The position numbers and the translations under genes are program-made. A stretch of DNA of 64,000 bases from Proteromonas lacertae (Eukaryota): positions 124,001 to 188,000 of the forward strand of contig NGBS01000002.1 of NCBI GenBank assembly GCA_002245135.1, read 5' to 3'. Under the pieces are notes generated by a model. That model was not told the origin of the DNA. It was given only the letters and a program-made list of their open reading frames with translations, and did no database searches. Positions 1 through 14,300 of the stretch are shown here, in pieces. Position 1 is the first letter of the stretch. Every line of letters starts with the position of its first letter.

Positions 1-3000
1 TGAAATTCTATTGTTATTTATATAAACATGAATTCTTCTAACTCCTCTTATTACATCTTCATCATTCTTATTATAATTCCATATCTTTAAACCAGTTAAT
101 TTTTCATTTTTATCTAACTCTACATCTATTTTTATTGTTTTATTCCTATGATAATTAGTTAACCACATGTTTCTTTCATCACATGTTAAGTTATTTCCAT
201 TTAGAATATTATCTATTGTACTTTTATGATTGTTCATATAGTTATTTAATTCATTGGTTTCATCATATTTTAATTGATTTTTATTCACTGTAATTGAATT
301 CATACTTGTACCAACTAAGAAACTAATCCCAGTTAGACCAATATACTCATAATCCCCCCAATTCTCTAATAATTCTATTGTCACTTTATTACCACTATAA
401 TCATGTAATGCTTTCAATGATTGGTTCATTATAACTGGCTTTGGTGGTTGTATATTATTATTATTATCTTTTGATTTTATATCAATATCATCTTCTTCAG
501 GTATTTCAAACAAATCAGAGGCTTGAGTTAATAGAGGTGATGGTGTGGTATGTTTTTGGTTTAATAGTGTATTAGATACTGAAGTCATTGGTCTACCATC
601 TTTAGTATATACTCCATTAGATGATAAATTTATATTCTTAGGTAAAATATTATTATTACTTCTTCCTATTTCTCTTTTACGTGATAAATTATGTCCTTCT
701 GTAGTGAGTGGTCTGTTTTCTTCAAACTGTTGTAATGCTTCTTTTCTAAATGAATATGTAATATCTTCACTCTCTAATAAAGCTGTATCATTCACTTCTA
801 ATTTTGTTAATATATTCTCATCAACTGTAAATAGTATAATTTCACTACATTCTTCTATATTACTCATAATACCAGGAGCTTTTCTAATTTCACCTTCAAA
901 TATCAACTTTTCTTCATCATTAATATATATTTTACAATGTTTAACACCTCTATAGCTATATGTTCTACTCTTATTATAATTCCATATCCTTATCATTGAT
1001 ATTTTAGTTGGTTCATCAAGTGTAATAATGATATAATTCTCTTTACCAGGATTGTATGGAGCTAGCCAAATATGCAAATCATCTGAAGTGAAATTTACTT
1101 TATCTAATAAGTTAGTTACAACACGTGGATCTCGACCATAATCACATAATACATTGATATCACTTGGAACAGCTTTAATATTATGTTTAGGATTATCAAA
1201 TTCAATTAATTCACCTTTATCATTGTAGATTTGTATTCCATTTAATCCAATATAATTCATATCACCCCATGTTTCATTAAATATGAGTTTAATATTCTTA
1301 GCTAATGGTAATATTGGTATTTTTAAGAAATTAGATGAATCATTATTAGATGTAGGATATGCATTTGTATTATTAATTGGTTTGGAAGATTGTTGTTGTT
1401 GATACATTTGTTGTTGATTTTGTGGATTGGCAAAATAAGAAAGAATATCTCTATCAAGAGAATTAGACATATGAAATAATAGAGTATTATCTTTATTAGT
1501 TATTGATAGAGATGTAGAGGAGGAAGATTCTGTTGCTTTTGATGGTGTTTCTATGAGTGAATCATTCTGAGGCATTAGTCTACTTCTATTAGTCATATTG
1601 AAGTTATGCAAAGATTGAAATGTCTTATTCAAATCTTCATCAGTTTGTTTGACTTTTCTTTCTTCTAAAATCTTTGAATAGTCAGGTAATGGAGTTAATC
1701 TTTCTTCAGTAATACTATCTAAATTATTACTATTATTATTATTATTATTAATCTTTGCAGGATTACTATTAACGACAGTGATATTGGTAGTTGGAGGTGA
1801 TAAGATTGGATTTTTTAATTGGAATGGATTACTTGGTAATGATGAATTAGCAGTATTTGTAGCAGTGGTGTTATTCACATTATGAGATGATGGTAATGAT
1901 GATATAGGCTTTGGTGATATTTTACTATTCTTATTATTAATATCCAGTATTGGATCTGGAGTTTGATTGGTTTGAGGTGTTCTTAGTCTAATTGATGCTC
2001 TCTTCTTTCTTTTATTAGGAGATATTGACCAAGGTGTTTTATGAAAATCATTACTTGATAGATTACTGGTTAAAGTCTCATTGTTAATAGTAAATGAAGG
2101 TAAATCAGATGATTCACTTGTATCTATTTTCATTTCTTCTTGTTTGTTATTATTTGATGTTGTTATTGATCTTCTTGTTGTTGGAGGATTGGGTGAAGGT
2201 GAAGGAGAACGTGATGAAGTGGTAGGTCGAAGTGGAAATCCTTTTAATGGTTTAATTTCAACATCTTTAATACCAGTAGATGAAGTAGTTGTTTTAGGTT
2301 TGATTGACCTGTAGAAGGTGGTGTTGTGTATTGTATTGAAGTAGAATTCTCAAATGATAAAGTATCATTCATATTTGAATCAATAGGAGATTTATACTTA
2401 CTACCTGTCATTATTCTAGCAGTAACAGGAGGTTGTGGTTCTTCCAATGATTTCTGTAATTGAATAATAGTTGAGAAGTTATAATTCTGTAATCCAGTGC
2501 CTTTATCAATTATACCTTTCCATAGTAATTCATTATTATAATATATTTCACTATCTCTTACACAAATATCACTCATTTCTAAACTATGATTATAATTCCA
2601 TATTATTATCTTAGATAATGGTGTATTAATAGTTGATGAGATTAAGATAACTATATCAATTGGATTTTTATTATCAAAATTGCATTTCCACATATATTGA
2701 TCCTTTGTTGTGTTGTTAACTCCATTTATTAAATGACATAAGTTTTTATGGTTTAATAATAGTTTATTGTTGTTACATTTAAGTGATATATCATTTGATT
2801 TTATATCAATTGGCTTGAAGTTATTATCATATATTTCAATTCCACTAAGACCAATTTCATTTTTAAAGTCATTGTAATTACTTAATAACCGTATCCTTAA
2901 TTCATTCTATTAATTGTTAAATAAATACGTAATAATACACTCTCAGTTATTTTTTGTTTGATTGGAGCAGATATACGAGACAATGATTGTTGAATTAAAT

Positions 3001-3395
3001 TGATATTATTGGTAAGAGATTTATCTTTAGTTGAAGAACTTAAGGCAATATTGTCTGTATCTTTGAATGTATCAATTAAACCCAGCAATTGTTGTCTTTT
3101 ATTTGGTTCTAATTCTAAAATTTTCTCTATCAATTCCTAAGAACATTTGTTATTTATATGGCTATACTTTCATATCTCCCTTTGCATGTAAGAGTGTATT
3201 CATTGTAGAGCTCAAATTCTATAAATTAAAATATTACAAAATTACCAATGAAGAATCTAAGGTTGGTTTCTAGGAAATAAATCACCAATAACATACTGTA
3301 GGAGGATCTTCAAAATCATCCTCAAACTCATCTTCGAAATCATCATCGAACTCATCAAAATCGCCATTGTCATTGTTGTTTTTAGATGAAGACAT
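1..3395 (-). CDS. Katanin-interacting protein KATNIP/KIAA0556-like (DUF4457 repeats); 3' end runs off the window; one frameshift near 2310
   Basis: ATG at 3395 (MSSSKNNNDNGDFDEF), four ~30-nt GT-AG introns at 3298-2905, then repeated motifs (N/W)GDxxxIGL(T/S/N)GI, IRIWNYNKSR...RGVK, DPRVVTNLLDKVNFTSDDLHIWLAPY typical of KATNIP. Frame changes near 2310 with no obvious short intron. Confidence 0.8.
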
Positions 3396-3889
3396 ACAAA
3401 TAAATATTTATGCAGATTTAAATTTGAATCTGTTTCAAAAAATAATTCCGTTTCATTATTCTTTCATTACCATTTATTTATAGATCATAGGGAATTGAAT
3501 AGATAATAATAATATGATAAGATAGATGAGTAAGTAATTGATCATTTTCAACCCTTAAAATCACTTTATTAAGTGTCTCAATTTATACACAATACAAGTT
3601 ACACACAGATTTAACACATTTTTAAATAGTATATTCAATAATAAAATAGATTCCACAATTTTCTAAGAAAGTGGGATTAGAACAGAATGTCATAGAATAT
3701 TAAAGAATAGTCTTGGTATGAGTTAAATAGAAACAAGCAAACATCTTTTGTTAAAATCGAAATTTTAAAAATTTTAATTTGACACAAAAAATTTAAAAAA
3801 ACAAAATTTTGATAAAATTTTTATCGGTTACAAAAAAACACTAAAAATTCTATTCAGTTCTTTTCATTGTATTAAAGAAAATCAGCTTT

Positions 3890-5017
3890 ATGAGCACTTC
3901 AGTCACTAAGATATCAAACAACAGGGGTAACTCACCCATTAAAAAGCCTTACACTGTTTACATACAACATCAGATGATCGGTAAGGGTGGATTTGGAGAA
4001 GTTTATGATGTAACAGAGAAAGAAAGTGGTGAACACTTCGCTTTGAAATGCTGTAGCCATATATTTGATCATCCACACACAACTCACGAGATCTTAAGAG
4101 AGTTGCTATTTGGAAGGTTGTTAAACAACCCATATGTGATGTCAATTAAAGAGATATTGGTACCAGCATCTTTATCCCAATTCAACACAATTTGGTTCAT
4201 CACCGACAAAATGAAGTTCGATATGCGAAGGATGTTTATTAATAACACATCCTACACATTATCAAACGTGAAATATATTATGTTTCAATTATTTCAAGGT
4301 GTAGATTACCTTCATCGTGCAGGAATCATCCATAGGGATTTAAAACCAGAGAATATTTTATTCAGTGATGATAACAATTTTTCTCTAAAGATAGGTGATT
4401 TTGGTTTAGCTTGTATCCCAAGATCTAATAAGAAATTAACAACCTACACAGTTACAAGATGGTACAGAGCTCCAGAGCTACTACTAGAGTGTAACTATGA
4501 TAATTCAATTGATATGTGGTCTTTAGGTTGTATATTAGCTGAATTATTGTTGAATGGACATGTTTTATTCAAAGGCAAGAATCAATATCAGCAATTAGAG
4601 ATGATAATATCACTACTAGGAACACCCATAGAAGGAGAAGATGATGAAGATGAAGGAGGATCGTGGATAACTAATTCATGTGCAAAGAGATCGTTAATAA
4701 AGAAATTTGGAAATAGAAAAGGTAATTGGAATGATGTATTTAAAGGATGCAATGAAGAAGCAGTTGATTTGCTCCTTCATTTATTAAGATGGAATCCAAA
4801 CGAGAGATATACTGCTGAAGAAGCTTTAAAACATCCATTCTTCAATGATATTATGAGTACCTATGGTGAATTAATTCCAGAAAGCGTATTATATCCTAAG
4901 GAAGTGAAAAAGATTGATTTTGGTTATGATGAAAGCGCTTTATTTGATTACCAATTACAATCCAAGATTGTTGATGAAATAAAGTATTATCATCCCTATT
5001 TAGATGCTTCTACTTAG
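3890..5017 (+). CDS. MAP kinase-like CMGC Ser/Thr kinase, intronless, TTY activation motif
   Basis: 375-aa ORF with GKGGFG, ALK, HRDLKPEN, DFG, LTTYTVTRWYRAPELLL, DMWSLGCI. Confidence 0.92.
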   Translation: MSTSVTKISNNRGNSPIKKPYTVYIQHQMIGKGGFGEVYDVTEKESGEHFALKCCSHIFDHPHTTHEILRELLFGRLLNNPYVMSIKEILVPASLSQFNTIWFITDKMKFDMRRMFINNTSYTLSNVKYIMFQLFQGVDYLHRAGIIHRDLKPENILFSDDNNFSLKIGDFGLACIPRSNKKLTTYTVTRWYRAPELLLECNYDNSIDMWSLGCILAELLLNGHVLFKGKNQYQQLEMIISLLGTPIEGEDDEDEGGSWITNSCAKRSLIKKFGNRKGNWNDVFKGCNEEAVDLLLHLLRWNPNERYTAEEALKHPFFNDIMSTYGELIPESVLYPKEVKKIDFGYDESALFDYQLQSKIVDEIKYYHPYLDAST

Positions 5018-5301
5018 ATTACGTTAGTTACAAAACGTATTTATATTTTGTACTTACAGTGTTCTAATCTAAATTATATATACCTATCGTTTTTTTCAAT
5101 CAAAAATTCAGTTATATTATACATATATATTTTTCTACTTATAAATTGTTGTATTGGGTTAGTTTATTAAATATACACATTGAGCTCATGCAATTAATAT
5201 AATACATATAAAGAGATTGTAGAGAGTAAATTGTAAGTTTGAAAAATGAAATACCGATATGACCACGATCTGAGTTATATTTGAAATTCGTTTTATTAGT
5301 T

Positions 5302-8300
5302 ATGGATAGAATAGCATATGTTATAATATTATTAATTATATTTCCATATATATTAGCTCAACCAGTTTTGCATGTTGGATATATTTCGGTAGATGAAGGT
5401 TCTGGTCCATCATCTGATTCTGTCTTTGATGATTTTAAGTCTCAAATAGATACAATATATCCAGGAAAAGTTAATTTTACTCGAGAAGAAATAATAGACA
5501 CCGGTGATAACTATGACACATTTTTGAAAAGATTCTCAGATAAGAATATATCTAACATATTCTCAGCAGTTTCTTTTAAGAATATGACAAAATTAGATGA
5601 AAGTTTGCACAAAAATGATTTGTTATTATGGACGTTAATTCCAAAACAACCAGAAGTATGTTATACCAACATTTATTCTTATATATCATTATTAAAATAT
5701 TATGAAAGATGTATGTATTATATTTTATTTATGTTTATTAATAGTAATTACCTATTACAGTGAAGAGAATCCAATCGCTATTATATATGAAGAGAATAAT
5801 TGGTTTAGTAGTATAGTAAAAGTGATTAAAAAATACGTTGATATATTAGGTGTAGATATACAGACTCCACATCCGTATATCTCAGGTAAAATGATTTCTT
5901 TTTCTTTTGAATATAATACTACATCAGCTTCAAATCTTGCTACTTGGGTTGATTTATTAGGAAATAATTTTGTAATATTATTAGCTGTAGGAAATGCATA
6001 ATTTACAAGCTATATTGACAGAATTAGACAGCGCAAGTTCAATTAGTAGCGATGAAGTAGTGTTATTAGAAAATGAAGATGTAAATTATTATGATTTGGC
6101 TGTTGTTCCAAGTCTACCAATTACTAATTTTGATTTGTATATTGTTAGCGTATACAATCAAACACAAACTGCTGCAGATATTTATGACTTAAGCAAAGTT
6201 ACAAATAAAGCAAATATAGTAAAAGTTATCAAATTGTATATATATATATATCACTTTTTATATCTTTATATTCTTTAATAGATGTACATTGTTCAAAGTT
6301 TTGTATTTTTCATTCAATAGAAGTCAATCTTCAACAGTAAAAAATGTATTATATGCAGTAAATAATCGAAGAGTACCAATTAATGGTAGAAACATACTGA
6401 TATCCTATTCACATATTATTCCTGCTCCATTATTTATATCAAAATATGATAAAGCCATTCCTTCAGATTCAAATGTTGTTAGAGTATTAGAAATTGATGA
6501 TTATTTTCTATATTCTGACATTATGGGCAGACCACAATTAACATGTTATTATACAACAGCATTTGAAGTGCCAAGACCAATGGAGATTGTTGCATTTATA
6601 CATTACTTAAGTAATAATGAACAAAAGAGATTTTAAACAATACAAAGATAATGTTGTTAATGAAATGAAGAATGAAAGATTGATCATTAGAAGCAGAGTT
6701 ATTGGCTTTGAAATCAGTAGAACAACAACCAAAACTACCTAATAATCTATCGATTAACACCCTTAATAATTGATGGTTCTAGAGGTATACAAACAGTTAT
6801 GGCATATATACAAGCATATACTCGAGCAGGATTACTTCATTATATATTTACAACATATGATAATGAAGATAGAGAGAATTTGTTAAGTTATATAAGGAAT
6901 AGTGGAATTATGGATATCGAAATAGTGTCAATGAAACATTTAACAGGTTTAGAATGTGTTGAGAATTCTATTTTCTCAGGAATATCAGCTCCAGCTAAAT
7001 TTGATATTTCTTATAGTTGGTATTTAAGAGATTCTGATTTACCAATTACAATTATTGGTAGCAATCATAAATATGGTAAAATGACTTCTAATTATTTCTA
7101 TAATCAGTTTTACAATTATGGATATGATATGGATAAGATATCTATATATCAAATGAAAGATAATTCATTATCTGAAGGTTTTAATGCTGTTAGTAAGATT
7201 CGTTCATTTTTATTTGATCGTATAAATACTATATTTTTAATATATTTTATAATTAGCATCTGTAAATACATCCACAAGTGAAGGTCCATATGGATATGCA
7301 ATTATTTGTTTAGAAGAAGGGTATTTAGATCCTTTAATAAAAGCTTACAGAACTTTGAAGTTAAATAAAAAATTCTATCAATTAATAATATTGGAATATG
7401 ATGAATTTTATCCATATGATAATGACGATGGTGATTATATATATTTTAGTGTTAAGGACCAACATACTGTTATTACTCCATTGGTGATGGGTATTCAAAT
7501 GTATGGAAGACATCTTGTAACACAGTTATCTACTGCAACAGTAGTTGGTTATTATGGTGTAATGTTTTTAGTACAATCTATCAGATCTGCAATGTCTACA
7601 TCATTTGGTGATATCAGGAAAATGTTTTTGAATGTTCATATTCCTGCGTCTGGTGGTGCAATTTCATTATCAAGAAGTGGTTATACATATATGAAATTGA
7701 ATGTTGTAAAAGTATTTCTATATTATTAGTATTTATTGTTATTATTTAATAGAGAATTGGAGAAAAGTTATATGAATATCCACATACAGCTCATGGTTCA
7801 TTTCAAGTATATATATTCAAAGATGAAGATTCTGCATACTGTGATCTTAGTAATTATTGTATATCATATATATAACATATTATTATTATTATTATATAGA
7901 TATAAAAGGTAATGAATTATTTAATGATATAAAGAAATATACTCTAGTTGGTTTATATCCAACAGATCTGTATGACAAGATATATATGAGAGATATTACT
8001 GAACTAACAATTGTTGCTTGTGATATGATCAATGCATATGGTGGTGCACTAAATGGATTAATTATACCATCTTTTGTGAGATATAAAAAGAATATAATGG
8101 AAGTTGATGAGATAATAAAAGAATATTTAGTAGATATATCGACGATTGGTTTTATTGGATTATTAACAAGAGAAGAAAGAGAATATCTTAATCCATCTTT
8201 AATTAGATATGATAAAGTATTACTTTTACCATTCCCATTTGAAGGTAATTCATGTGAAGATAATACTTTAGTTATATCATTTTTTCTATTTATAATATCT

Positions 8301-11300
8301 ATTGTTTTCTTAATTTGATGTTTACTATGCCAGAGTTGCTGATAATAGCCTTTATATTGCATTAGATTTTATGTTTTTAGAGTCAACCAATTGTGCTGTT
8401 TATTATGCTAATAATTCGTATATAGATATAAATTGTATTGTTAATAATCAATAGAATTGCTGTAACTTTAATTGATTATATTGAAGCTCATTTGCAGAAA
8501 CGTAATTATGGAAATGAATGTACTTACATTCCATATTCTAGTGAAACATCCATTGATAATTTGACAGAAACATGTGAAGGTTATAATGATACAGGTGGAG
8601 GTTTTATATTTACTATATTAAATGATGATTTATATGATATGATTGATAGATTACCAATAGAATGTAAAAACCCAAAGATAAAGTTTTATCATTATTATTT
8701 CTCACCTAGAGATATACCAATAGGCAGATATAAGAATGTAACTAATTTAGATGGCCATATTGTTGTAGGATCTTATTTCCATTATGTAGAATCAAAGAAA
8801 GCAAAGATAGTAGAAGCGAATATTGTGCAAACTATTGGCTTACCTGAAATACTAATGCAGGAAGATTTCTTATCCATTTATGAGATTATTTCTATCTATG
8901 GTAAAGCTATGACAGGAGAAAGGATCACTTTCAGCATTATCAGTATTAAATTACTTCAAAAATCTAAGAGTTGATACATCAGAAGCTGATGATATAGTTG
9001 TTTCAAATTCTAGATATTTTTCTAAAGGTTTTTACTTAGGACAAATTGTATGTAATGGTAATGAATGTGATGTTAAAGAGTATAGAACTTTACCAACTCC
9101 AGTATTAAGTAATGCATTTAACTCTGATGTATTTATTGTTAATTATATATATATATATATATATGAATAGATGAAAGAAGGTGAGGATTTAGTATGTAAT
9201 TTCTATGCATCTAGCAATGATATAAAAGGAATGTCAGTTCCATTGCATTTTGGTGTAATTTTTGATGATCCAAAGAATGAATATAACCAGAGAATAATGT
9301 TGGAATTTACATGGTTAGAATCATATTTTAGAGATGCTGGATTATTTGATGGAAGATTGATTGTATAATTCTTAATATTATCTATTTATATAAATAGATA
9401 ACTCATACATTCAAATGTCCAACTACTAGTGAATTACTGGATGAAATGGTTGAAAGCATAAGAAAATATGAAATAAAGGTTTTCATTGGTGGTTGTAATA
9501 CAGACACTATTGACACGTTTGCTAAAAATGACACTTTGAAAAATACAATATTGTTTTATACTGACTTAAACACTGGTAGTATATGTAAATCAAACGTTAT
9601 ATTTGTGTGTCCAACTCCATATCAATTCATTTCAAATACGATGAATTATTTGTTAATTAGACAAGGTAATAATATCGCATTATTCTATGATTCTAGTTCT
9701 AGAATCAAAGTTTATGCGGATATAGTTTTAAATTCGATAGAATCACTGAATTTGAACTTAGTATATAATGGTGATATTAATGATAAGGATTATGTCAAAG
9801 TGGTAGAAAAAGGCATTCAACTGATCAATACATTAGAAATGAATACTCTTTATGTTATTAATTTATTAGAAAACAGGAGCAGCTGATTATTTCTATCAAT
9901 ATTATCACGATTTTTTTAAAGGTGAAATACCAATTCCTGTATATTCATTAATGTCATATTTTGCCAAAATTGATCCTTCAATTACTGCAAATCATTATGT
10001 TATATCTAATAAACTATTCCCAACCAATGATAATGGTTTAATTGAAAAATTACAACATTTCTTTGGTGATGAATATATATTTAATGGATTTGAAATTAAT
10101 TATTTAATGCCGTTTTACTTATTAGCTGAAGCTATTAAAGATACGTTGAAAATGACAGCTGAAAGTATTTTGCATGATGTATATTATGGTGAATATGATA
10201 CTCCATTTAATAAGCTATTTGTTACACCAGATAATACTATTTCTCATTTCATTGCTGTTATTAAAAAAGATGGAGATAATAATCTAAATTCAACTGGAAA
10301 TGTAATTATGAAGTTTTATGAAGGAAATGTGTATAATGAAAAGTATTATGATTCTATTTTGTATGGTTGTAACTGGAGATCATCAAGGACTGAATCATAT
10401 TTAAAATCAACTGTTGGAATTGGTATATTATTATCTTTAAGTGGTCAATTTATGCCACAAGACAAGGAGCTATTAACTTCTTATTTATTAGCTGTTTCAC
10501 TAATTAACTGTGAATATAATGGTGTGAGAGGATTAACAGTTAATCCAATAATAAAAGATATAAAATCAAATAAAAATGAAATTGAACCATTGTTGAATGA
10601 ATTTAAGAATGCTGGTGTATATATCATATTTGGATTAACCAGTTCTGAACTTAGAGTAGTTGCTAAACCATTTATTGAAGCTAATAATATGCTATTATTC
10701 TATGCGCATGATTATGAAGGTTTAGAATGTAGTAAAAATATTGTATATATTGGTTTACCTGCTACAGCTAATGAATATTATCCATATTATATCTTAACAG
10801 ATCAAATTAAGAACAAAATTAATGTAGTTATTGTATATACAGAAACAGATACTATCAATCGAATGAGAAGAGTAGTAACAGCAGCATTAAACAAATATGA
10901 TATAGTAGTAACAAAAAATATACCAACAAAATATGGTTTAAAGAATTACGCATATATAATCAATCAATTATTACAATATGCTGTTCCTTCTTGTATAGTA
11001 GTGACATTATTAGAAGGACCAAACATAATGAATTTTTATAACTTGACTTATGGAATTCCAGTTCATTTATATGCAATTGGATTAGACAAAAGTCTTATAA
11101 CAATTGAGAATTACAAGTTATTTAGAGGACATCATATTATTACAGCTGAATCAAGTATAGATAATCAAATGAGTAAATTAATTGAGATGTATAGACGAGC
11201 TTTATTTCCATATGCTGATACAGTGTCTCAGAATATGTTGTATTCTATTACATCTGTTTTAGTATGGAGAGCTGCTTTAGAAGCAAAGAAATCAGTTACT

Positions 11301-14300
11301 GTTGATAATATACTAACAGCACTGTATAATCTAGATGTAGAAACCCCAATGGGTTTGTTGAATATAAATTCAAATCATCATTTGAATATTCCAAGATTGA
11401 TATTAACTGTAAAAGTAGTATATGGTGAATATCAGATTGTAGAAGAATATAGAAGTAAAAATGTAAGACCAAATCCATGGAAATCACCATTAATAGATGA
11501 AAAGATATATTATTGTAAATGGGAAGGAGTTAATGATGAAGATAAAGTATTAGAACTACAGTATAATGCTAATGTGTTATTATCTAAATCTGAGCCAATG
11601 TTCTTAGATATTTTAAGTGGAGCTGTAACTGCATATGCTCATATAAGTGAAACAGGTGGATTGTTAGGACATGAACTCAATTTTGTATTATTCTTATATG
11701 ATGATGATGACAGTGAATTGTATGATAAATTATATGACTTTTTGAGTAAACCAATGAGATTATTCTTATTTGGTTGTACAACTCCAAATTGTGCCAATTT
11801 AATAAAGTCAATATTACCAGTAACAAAATCATTCATATTTTACCCATTACCATCAAAAGGTGAAGAATGTAGTTTATTCCAGTTAACCATTGGTCCATTA
11901 CCCAATCAGATTGTAGAATCTACAATCAACTTCATTACAAGCCAAGAATCTAAACATAATGTGATTATATTATTCTCACCAGATGATAAATGGGATGTAT
12001 ATAGAGATGTATTCATCAATAGTATACCATCACAATTAGACCTTAAGAATGTATATGAATTTGGAGATTATGATTTTTTTTCTTATTCTGATTATGAGAA
12101 AGTATGGAAAGATTTAGGTGATGGAGGTGTAATAATTAGTTTTTTATCTGAAAGACCAATGTTATCATTCGTAGAAGTAATGAGTCAAAATGCACATAAC
12201 TTTAAAATATTTGATATTATAACAATAAGAGTTTCACCAACTACCATATTTTCACAGTTTTACTCTGAATTATTACCTTTGTATTATCCAACTGGACTTG
12301 ATTTACCTGTTAAAGATGATCCATTAATTCAAATATTAACTACTGATGTATATAAATATAGTGGTGTAGATTATACGACTGATGTTACTGTTACATCAGC
12401 AATATGTGTAGAAGCATTAGGTAAAATTGTAAGATCTGGAGGTACAAATGATGTGCAGGAATTAAAGAAGATTATATTTAACACTCCATTAACAGATGAT
12501 GGAAAGAATTACATTGATTATAGTTTCTATTCAGTCAGAAATATTTATATGTATAATTATACTGGTTCTTCAGCTTCAGTAGCAAAAGTACTGATAAAAG
12601 CAATACCACAACCATTCAATTGGTTAGCTGAAGGAAATAAAGGTAAAATGTGTGATGTTAGAAACGTTGATATGTTTGGAAATGGCAATCCAATTTATAA
12701 GAAAGATGTAATGAAGATATTATTTGTAGTATCTGAAACTGGCGCTGATAGATTTAATTACAGAGGAATGTCTGCATCCTTCCAAGAAGCAATTAACCAA
12801 ATCAACAAAATGGATGGTGTAAGAGATAAAACATTAGAATATGAAACAATAGATGATGAATCAGAATCAACTAAATGTGCTGATATAATAAAGTCTAAAG
12901 TAATGACAGGAAAATTTGAAGCTGTATTTACAACAGGTGATGCTCAATGTATGGATTTAATATTAGAAACAGTGAATCAATATAATATTAAAGTATTCCA
13001 AATAGGAATGTTTGGAGGAGAATCTTGTGAGAATAATATTATACATATTGGTATTGATCCATCCCAAATGGAGTTGTTTATTGAAAGATTATTGAATAAA
13101 GGTATTAGATCTTATGCTATAGTTGGTGTATCAACAACTACAAGTATTAGATTCACTAATTATGCAGAAAGATTTATTAATTATTTGCATGGTGATATGA
13201 TGTATACAATATCATTAGATATTGGTGTTACTAATTTAGATAGCACTGCTTCCTCTATAGTTTCAAGATTACCAAATGGCGGTGCAATTTTATACTTTGG
13301 TACTGCTTCATTACACATTCTACTATCTCGATCATTGAAAAAAGTTGGTAAGAATTTGGATAAGATTTCATTTGTTTCATTTTCAACAGCAGAAGAAGTT
13401 TCTTCTCAAGGAGATATATTAAAATTCTTTTCAGTAATGCATTATTTCAATTCTATTCAAACTGAAGCAAATGATGCATTTATTGATCATTTGAAATCAC
13501 CATTACCATCAGATACAGTTCCAAATCATCTACATGAAGCTATTTATACAACTTTGTTTATGTGGAGAGAAGCAGCAAATAGTCAACCAGATGTTCCAAT
13601 GTCTGAATTGAATTATTATAATCAAGTATTTGGTACAACTGTTGGTACAATGGAAATAGCTACTAATAATATAGTTAAAAGGAAGGTGTATATTGCTGTT
13701 TATGATGGTAATAATAAAGAAGGTAAATTTAGTATATATTCTGTGGATGATATAATAAGACCAAAAGTATGGCAGAAGTTTATTAATTCTGGCATATATG
13801 AATGTGATTTATCCAATCCAGAAATTGGTTCACAATATAAACATTCTAGTAATAAAATAGCAGTAATGGCATCTTTGACTGGTGTTGATGAATTAAAAGG
13901 AAGAGAATTAGTATCAGCAACATTATTAGCAGTAGATGAGTTGAACAATGATGGTGGATTGATAGGTGAAATGATAGAAGTGGAAGTGGTGGATATAAAA
14001 TCAGATCTTAAAGCGTTAGAAAGAATAAGTAAAGAAACAGCAGCATTGAAAGCAGTAACAGCAGCATTTGGTGCAAATTGGGATGATGAATATAAAATAA
14101 TTGAGCCATACTTTTCACAAGTGGATAAACTGTATTTCTTCCCAGGTGTATCTACAGGTGAGTTATGCCATCAATATGGTATAGTTACTGGTTCAACAAT
14201 GAATCAAATTATAGCTGAAACTAAAGCTGTTTTGACTCAGAGAGATGTTGATTATATTGTGATGTATAGTGATTATTCATTCTGCATAAATGCATTGCAT

